A stretch of DNA of 64,000 nucleotides from Tubiluchus corallicola. Its lineage: Eukaryota; Animalia; Priapulida. The DNA lies in assembly GCA_030141605.1 (NCBI GenBank), contig JAQGDQ010000056.1, forward strand, positions 310,001 to 374,000, read 5' to 3'. Numbering within the stretch: position 1 is the stretch's first letter; each line of letters opens with the position of its first letter. The notes beneath the pieces are model-generated. The model saw only the letters and a list, made by a program, of their open reading frames with translations, did not search any database and was not told where the DNA came from. Shown in pieces: positions 55,382-64,000 of this stretch. A program made the translations under genes and the position numbers.

Positions 55382-58300
55382 TTTTTAACTTGTGTAAAAG
55401 AGACATCATTACTTTCCTAAAATTTCTTTTTATTTCATAATGAGTTTACAATGTAATTGGTATCATGTGCCTTACCCACTCAATTTTACTAGTCATCATA
55501 AATTTTATACGAAGTGCACACTCCTTCGGAAGATATAATCCGTATTTAGTTAAAACTACACCCACAGGTGGGTAGTTAAGGATGATATTCAGTCGTGCGT
55601 GTATTTAAAATCACTCTCCATCATTGCCCGCTAGTCCTATGGTGCTAGGACGTGTCATGAACAAGAATATCTTGCATTTCTTGTATCAATTTGAAGATTA
55701 AAAAACTCTCATTACATGTGCATTGGTGCAGTGCTAGGTACATTTACATTATAATTTGCAGTAGTACTTCGTTCACAGATGAAAGTATCCAGTGGAATCC
55801 AGAAAGATAGAATTCAGAAACAAATTATGATCAGTTCTTTTAGACTGAGCCCCTAAATGACGCCCGTAACTTGTGGAACTTCCTTTTCCATTGCTCAATT
55901 TAAATACAGTGATTAGTAAATTTTCAAAACGTTTTCAGGAGTCTGTGCTGATCTCTAGCCCTGTATTTGCGAGTATGAGTTCTGCACCATTTGCAAGCAT
56001 TCCACGTCGCAGATGTAAAAGTTTCCAAGTTTAAAGAGTCCTAAAACACAAAGCAGTACACCACATCATAATATTATTTTAGAGATAGTGTTTAATGCTT
56101 TCTGGGTTTTGGTGATGGTTTCCGTTAGTACAGTGGTGGACTTAGTAAACAGACAGACGTTGCAGAGCCAAGTGTCACCCAAAATAGATTCATTTGTCGT
56201 AAAAAATCGGTCATGAAGCCTAGCCAGCGCAAGTTACAACTCTTTAGGTTGAAATCATTGCTGCCAGACTGCGATATAAGAATTCCATATTGCGAAATGA
56301 ACAGCAGCTGAATTTGCGCAAAGTTGCGATTCCTGGCGGTGAATGTGTAAACCAACTAGTTTGCTTTTTAAGATTTCACGCATTAACCGCGAGTATCAAA
56401 TCATTTACATGTCAGCTCTCTAAGCTAACTTTGCATTCTAGGTTTATTAATTCGTGAAACATGCGCATTAATTTCTAAATTAGTCCACGTTAGTGTTTTT
56501 TTCATTACTGTTTGAAGGTACATGCGGCGGCTATAGTTATTAACTGCTAACATTGTTCACGTTCCAATGTTAGTAATATTAGTATTATTAGTAGTACTAT
56601 TAATATTAGTAATAATGCTAGTATTAGTACTAGTTTAAGTATTATTATTCACTTCTAAAAAAGCTATTCTACAGAAGTGTGCTCACTTAAAAATGTTAAA
56701 AAACTCGTAAGCATACAGCGCCAGACGTTGTCGTGTCGATCCGAACTGTTATCTAATGATTGTAAGTTATTGCTGAGCTAAACGTCCAACTTGTATAAAG
56801 TTCTTCTCGGTTTTCCCACATTGACAAGGCAGTAGTAGTAGTAGTATAGTGCGTACTCTTCATTCTGCACGTTCTGGGGCGCTTCTTCCAGTTTTCTGCC
56901 ATGAGAAAGTGAAGTCAATGTACTTGTAACTCATTGTATCCCTTACAGGTCGAAAACAAAAATATTTAGGCCATACGATTTCGTCAAAAGTCAGTATCTT
57001 TCATTAAGTAAAAATGAATATTTAAGCGAATGTAAAGCGTTCCGGCCGGATGGTAAACCTCGGAAGTACGCAAAAATCCAAATAGCTGAAATGGAGGTAC
57101 GACTTGTAATTGTGTATTGAATTTTGAATTGATGACGTTGGAATTAAACACCAGTTATTGAGCAATCATACTTTTGTATGACTAACAGGATGATGTATAT
57201 TGATAATTATTGTTTCTGGTATCGCTTCTGTACTCTGTGGGCTTTGTATATTTCAGTGTTAAGTGTTAACTAATGAATTACTTGTGTTTTTGAACTATCT
57301 ATCTATATTCTTGATAACTAGTTGTATATGTCTTTCTCAATTAAAATGTATGTGTTTTACAGTGGAAAAGTTCCGATCAGTAATATTACTGTATGTCTAT
57401 CCACTTATATTAAATAAAGTTTATATATAAAAAATAGGACATCGAACAACATGTCCCAGACAAAGTTTGCGAATTTCATCTAAAGATTATAATTTGCTTT
57501 TAAGCGCTTATTGTAAGTCAATATGAGTAACCTATAAATTGGTAATACACCTTTTGGTGCTCAATATTTTTAATATATTGAACTTTTTGGAAAGCAGAAT
57601 GGACAGTTTGCATCTGTCATTACGAGGTTAGATTCCAAAAGTATTAATGTTTGGAATAATTTAGCTTTCGGAAAAGCATCGGTGTGTTGTTACAGTTTTG
57701 TACCGAATCGCACCAAATGTTTTTTCATGATCCAGGTCTTCATTAAATTTTTACAGGGCCGATCGCATGGACCACTGTGGTTTAGTCTCGATGATTTCCT
57801 TTTGAAAGTTTATATGCGATAAAACCAAGTTATTGTCTATTCCTTTGTAACTAGTAGGCCTAAAGCATGAACATTAAAGCGTGTAAAGGTACTTTCGATT
57901 TTACTCCTTTGATCTAGATAAAAGATGATCCTATGAATTTTAATTTGTATGAAAAATGTGCTGCACCTCTTAAAATTCGTAATTTGCACTCATATAATTG
58001 CTTGAGTGATACGAAATAAGTCATATAAGTTGCTGTTGATGGGTATTTTAAGACTTTTGAGTGAACATATTTCGAATGCTAAAAAGCCAAAAGCTAAATG
58101 AAAAATGAATAAACTGCGAACATAGGTTCATACCTTGCAAGCTGAAATGACAGTATAAAAGACTGAGCCACGAATCCAAGCATATGAGTGCGTCTTGATA
58201 CCCAGTGCTTTCTTGGACCGGCTTCGATGCCACCATGCTCACCTAGTGACCTATTGGACTTTTCTTTGTAACTACCATGTTAGAAAAGCCCACGTACGAT

Positions 58301-59207
58301 CAAAAGCTGTCATGCGAAGCCCGGTCAAGTAAAGAGAGGAGCCAAAAGAAAAACGGAAATGGAAAGAACGAGAATACGAAGAAGTTAGATGGACGGTGAA
58401 AGAGAAGGGAAGCAAGTATAAGAAAGGCTAATGAGAGAGAGAGAAAGAAAAAAGAATTAAAATAACGATAGCTAGTGGGCAAAATCTAACTGTGTCATCG
58501 GGTTTTATATTTATGGTCCTATTTAAACATTTCTAATCTGTATTCTAATGTGATATTGTGCGAGCATACTTCCTAGTTCAAATCTGTTCTAAGTTTTATA
58601 ACTTACTCATAAAACTAATTAAATGCCATTTTAGGCTATGCATTTCTAGTAGTTCACGGTTCACATTAATTCGTGTCTTCTGCATGTGCATGGTGTTTTA
58701 GCTTGTTGTCGAAACCATCTGTAATTTCTTTCTCTCTGTTGCCGCGCGCTGGATTTTTGAAATGAGCAAGTCTTTTTTATTGATGTTATTGTTGGCGAAG
58801 TAGCAGTTTAACTTAAACGACTAATTGGCTCCCACTAATTGGAAAGTTGGAATTTTGTAGTTATTGATTTATCCTGTTTCTGTATGTGTGCACTTGGAAA
58901 GATTTTTTTACCTTGATAATTTGGACTGGGTGAAACTCTAGGCGCCCACCAAACTGGAGCATTACACTGGATGGAGTAGGCCTATTAGAAGTCATTGTGA
59001 ACTGCATTTTATTTAGCACTGTCACAGACACACTATTAAAGATATATTATTGGGCAGCCATGTTTCATTAGGACATCATTCACACCAGTCAAGTATAACA
59101 TACCGATCGGCAATGTTAGCGTCGATATAGATTCCCAATTTTTTCATAGAATAATACTCCTTTAGTTTACTATATTTACCACATTTCACCGGCAAATGGC
59201 TGTATGA

Positions 59208-59542
59208 ATGATGTCAACTTTTGATGGATCAAACTTTGGTCTTACGTTAATACCAGATTTCTCTGGGTTTTTTCTACCCCCCATCCAGTGTGACTTGCAG
59301 ACTATGCTTGGCTCACTAGACTTGACTGATTCTCATTGGGAGGACAGTTTTTCTCACGTGACGGTGGACGGAGGGAACGGCGGTTTCACCCCTAACGGTG
59401 TTTGGAACCATGCACCGCAGAATGGAGGTACCAGCAGATTGACCCACTCAGATGTCCGGAAGTTGTGTCACGCCACTGCGGAGGACCTACGCGCCTTCCA
59501 GTTATGCTTTATGGACTTTGGTGAAATTTCAGAGAAAGTAAA
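59208..59542 (+). CDS. First coding exon of an unidentified plus-strand gene
   Basis: GC-richer 111-codon ORF MMSTFDGSNFGLTLIPDFSG...DFGEISEKV ending at a strong donor AA|GTAAGT (phase 2); candidate acceptor ttttcatag at 59149. Confidence 0.7.
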
Positions 59543-62500
59543 GTAAGTTTCCAAGGTCTATCAAGGAACTACATGCCTTTATAATTCTGCATGTATAGTA
59601 CGTTTTTAAGAGTAGTTGTAACAACTATCTATCAAGGCTAGTAGTCCCTAGTACAATTATTCAGGTTACTCCTGATAAGGCTTTGCACTTTTTAAAATTT
59701 GCTTATATAGAGGGAGAAATAATAAGCATTAACTCCCTGAAGGCACTTTAAGAGGGATCACAATACATTGATGCATTTTTCTGTATTTCAGATGGCTTAG
59801 TAAGCCTTTTAAATACTTTTATACCAGATTTTACTTCAGATAAAACGCTTTACAAACACATGTATATATGTTCAATTTGCTTAATAAATAGCTATTGTTG
59901 TAATTCTCTTATGGCTGCTTCTGTGCCGTTTCATAATTTTGACCATAATAAATGTTTATTCGCGGCCCATCTGTATACAAATGAGAGTTTACACTCTGTG
60001 ACTATATCATGTGTTGGGGACATATATGATATATGTAATATAGGCTGGAGCGAAACTCTTGGACTCTATTTCGGTTCCAATTGTTCAGCACTAAGTACAA
60101 GTGATTACTGGTTGCAGTAAGACTAGAATTTTACTAACATGAGATATGAGGCAACCAACAGAGGTGTTTTAGTCAGATTCAGCTGCATGTATATTCTCCT
60201 TCTGTGACGTAATGGATAGTATGGTAAATAGGACGTCATAAGGAGCAGCTTTTCCCATGCCAACCATCTAATAACCAGGCTTAAGGATGCTTAATTTCGT
60301 GTGACCATTTGACCATGCAGCCATTCCTTTCCTGATGGGCCGAGATCTCCATTTTTGTGGTGTGTCAGAATTCCACAGTCCACTGGATCCAGTGAAAGTG
60401 GAGTGAATTCAGGTTGCTGCAATACTAAATTCTTAATATACGGTCGTCCTTAGAATGTATTTACTGACTTGATGTTTTGAAAACCAGCTGAAAGCCTTCC
60501 CTGTATTTGATTTCGCTAGAAAACTACAAAAATAAATTCACTTTTATTTTTGATTAAGTCATTCAGTACAGAATGGTTGAAGCCTGAAAATAGCTGTTAA
60601 AAATGACTGCCTTAGGTAGCTGGTTTAATTTAAAGAGCTGAGTAGATTATTAAGCTATTTAGATTCATTTTGAATTTCAGAGTCTTCTTTCGTTTGAATC
60701 ATTAAGCTCAAATTGGGTATGAAATTTGGACGTCCTAATTTGCTAAAATCGTGATAGTTTTTTTAGAGTTTAGTTTATAAGCTTAGTAAGCCTGTTAAAA
60801 ATAATAGCAAACTGTTAAATTTGTGTAATTTCCTTGACAGACTCTAGGAGCCAATTTAAGCAAATAAATGTAATTATGTTGTCATATTCTGATATTTCTG
60901 TGTGATGATGTCTTACTGCTATTCCACGCAAATACCAAAATTCGAGATACTGGTTTGGAACTACTGCTACCATAATTTGTCCAGTGTGGCAGTACAGTAT
61001 AGCGCCGTGCTCACTGAACCCGTTACTCAAGTTCAAAGCCAGATAAATGAGCGTAAATGGGGAGTTGGTGGCTAAGTCTGTGTAGATCCAAATACTCAGT
61101 AATTGTAACCTTAATAAAGCTGTGTTTGCGGGGTTGTTGTTAAGGGTGACTTAGCTCAGTTAATACAATTATGTGCCACCCTGTTATTAGTAGGCAGCTA
61201 GGCATACAATCCATGTCACCAGTGGGACCTAGGGATACACGCATTTTAACGCTGTGTGCAAATTTAATTTGTTCGATTATTCCGCTTTCGTGTTAGACTT
61301 AGTGGATTTTCTGAAAGATTCAGCAGCAAAGACTGTAATTACGGACCATATTCTGTTCTCGTTCGATGTTACATTGTAGCGTTGCATCACAGATTTGCCG
61401 TATGCATTACCAGTAAATACGGATCAGGTAACGACAATATTTTGACTGGATCTTGTTTTCCAATGGCCGTTTCATGTTTGATGACTGTGAGATCGTGTAA
61501 AACATGTTGATATATTGGCGTTGCGTGATGATTGCTTCGGTTTACAAGTTGGTGAAATAGACGATCATATGGTGTAGTTTATTGTGGTCGATAAAGAGAA
61601 TTTTATACTCCATAAACTACAGTTACGTCACTTGTAGCGCTGTAAAAGTTGGCAAAGTTAACTTTTACACGTTCTGCAATTTCTCAGATAGCGAATAGTA
61701 CCCTGTAGCATCATTTAAACGCTTTTGCAAACTTCTAACTTCGATGCTGCAATCAGTGAAATGATGGAACACTTATTTACTGCCAACTATTGGCTTTATG
61801 AAACGAAATAGCTATAATCTAATCGTGCCGTTAGGCTTCTTATAAACTAATTACCTCATCTTGGTACATTTAAACTGAATCGAGGAGAAGCCACTTGGAA
61901 ACAACTGCTGAGATTTGGCTGCACTCATTAGTGTACAAATTGTTTTGTTTTTCTTGTCTTGTTATGTGGTCGGTTCTTCATGGTTTGTTTCAGCTATTTA
62001 TTGTGAAAATGAAGCCAATTACGTTCCACATACATAACAGCTTTGCAGTGGTAATTCAAGTTTATTCTGATCTAGAACAGCTCTAGCGTGAACGGGTAAT
62101 ATGAGAAATCTTTGAAGTGGTCACGGACCATCGGTTTCGCGTATTCACTTGACCATATCAGAATCTTGTTTAGGTTATTAAAATCTACTTGTGCCCTTTA
62201 GCTATAAAAATATAAGTTGTTTTTTTCATGCCCAAGCTTTTTGCCAGCCTTATTAAATAAATTGTTAGTTCATGTTGAAAGAGAGGTCTTACAATGAAGT
62301 AAGAAGCTCATTCTTCAGTCCGCTTCAGACTGTTGGACTAAAACATTTGGCAAAATGTAATTTCCGATGCGGCTTTGGTTATGCAAGCCAAATCTAATCT
62401 TGGGTAAGGGAAAGGTGTCTATGGTGACTTTCGGCTTGTATAAGTCTTTAACACTTATATAAGTACTTACATAATGTGTTTCATATCTGAGCCTAATTCA

Positions 62501-63524
62501 GTTATTTCGCACTTATGCGACGCAGGTCTTTCACTTAAAGGCCATTGACTGTTAGAGACCAAATTAGTGCTTTTTATTATGATATGACTGTCATAACTTT
62601 GGCCTATGTTGCTTTTAGCAGTAAGCAAAATCTTCAGATAATTATTTAACATAACTTTCAAGTGCCTGTGAAGTCTCGAGGTGACACTCAAGATCGGTAT
62701 TAAGACTGGAGAGATCTTTGACTTTATACAACGCTGTGGTTGCAGTTATTACTCTAGGCTTGGACGGTTGTTTTAACTGCTGTTTGATTGTTTGAAGTTG
62801 ATTTTACAGAATCAGAACTTACGATTTGTGACCGTGACGACAGGTCTTATGTCCGCCTGGTTTTCCGCTACAGCAATTGTTTTCCTGGTTTGTTTCCTGC
62901 GTGGCGAACACGAAAATATGTCGTGTGCATTTTAAAGGCTTTTTCTTCTTTTTCCATTTCCTTATGTGAAAGACGTAAATTCGAATGTGTTAAATTAAAT
63001 AATGTTAGAATAAAGAATAATCGCTTAGTTATCCATCAGTTAGTTGTATTGTGTACAATTCACATGCGTAGTGGTATCCCTTTTTGTTTCTTTCTAACTG
63101 CTGATTATTTTACTTCTCTAGATTTGAATATCAAGTCTACATTGGCTTCAAATGTATCTCGCACCATCAAGATAGAAAAGCTTTACATTATACAAATATC
63201 TCCTGCAAAGTTTCCTTATGCGTAGAGGAATGTATATTGTGCGGCATAACCAGCTGTCGTGTTATTGTACACAATAAAAGTCCTAGTTGGACATTTGGGT
63301 ACATATTCTTTGATCACCATCATGGGTGTCCATAGAGTTGTTTGCAATGAAATTTAATAATTATTTATCTATTCTGCTTACCTAAAAATAAAATTAGTCA
63401 CATCACACAAGAAAAAAATGTGTATATGCTGTCTTTGTAATTGTTAAGCGTTTTAGCGATTTATTGAATTTGATTTAAATTTTTAAATACTTAATTAATG
63501 ATGTAATTTCTGTTTGATTTTCAG

Positions 63525-63766
63525 GGTGTGGTTCTTAACTAGTAATGACGCAATGTCTACGGCAGTGCTGCCTTCAAACAATGATGGCAGTAATTTGTCG
63601 CTGAGTCCACCACTTGACTGTTTATCCGGAGATGACTTCACTGAGTCCTCAGCGGAATCGCCCAATAATGTTGTGTCGCCTTGTACTTCCCCTCTTGTGA
63701 CTTCTACCTCTTCGTTCACAACCACGAAAGCTGACGCACAACCTTTGTTTGGCTCTTCTAGTGAAG
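63525..63766 (+). CDS. Ser/Pro/Thr-rich coding exon of the same unidentified gene; gene continues beyond the window end
   Basis: Acceptor tgattttcag, phase-2 compatible with 59542 (AA|G = Lys); VWFLTSNDAMSTAVLPS...SPNNVVSPCTSP...GSSSE; donor G|GTAAGT (phase 1). Confidence 0.78.
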
Positions 63767-64000
63767 GTAAGTCAGAAATTTTTTCGAAGTGTCCATCTTA
63801 CTAGGGTCCATTTTCTGTGGGTCCTGTAGGAAAATCATAGGGCTTACCGATTTTTTTCTCTAATTGTGACGTAGATGAGTGCAGTAAGTCTGGTGGTAGT
63901 TGTAGCGAGATTAAGCAACTAGTTGAACCTTTATAACCATTCCCGCACAAACCGCGTGAATGTGTATAGTGGCTATATGCGTTGGCAATTATATACTTTT

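Noticed and set aside
62788-63225. 145-aa plus-strand ORF
   Set aside because: TTG start, intron-like T-rich composition, no recognisable motif, and it lies inside the 59543-63524 intron.

Overview
Eukaryotic (invertebrate-type, AT-rich, intron-rich) genomic DNA; no prokaryotic operons, CRISPR arrays or rRNA were seen. Left part: a minus-strand mitochondrial half ABC transporter of the ABCB10 (MDL1-like) type. I could assemble 12 GT-AG coding exons (10161 down to 570) in phase, giving 1818 nt = 606 codons; Walker B and the C-terminus lie beyond the left edge. Right part: the 5' end of a long plus-strand gene I cannot name. It has two phase-compatible coding exons (59208-59542, 63525-63766) and candidate upstream/alternative first exons near 26.05-26.42 kb and 41.49-41.70 kb. 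The ~49 kb between the two coding regions holds decayed LINEs (an RT relic, and an RNase H/zinc-knuckle relic split by a TTAA MITE), hAT-, Kolobok- and Academ-like MITEs, a tRNA-derived MetaSINE-like element, long microsatellites and several hairpins. I see no firm evidence of a new multi-gene system. The best leads are an identical 103-bp cassette that twice follows a long (GA)n tract, the unidentified multi-promoter gene, and in-frame uORFs in front of both start codons. All alignments and translations were done by eye.
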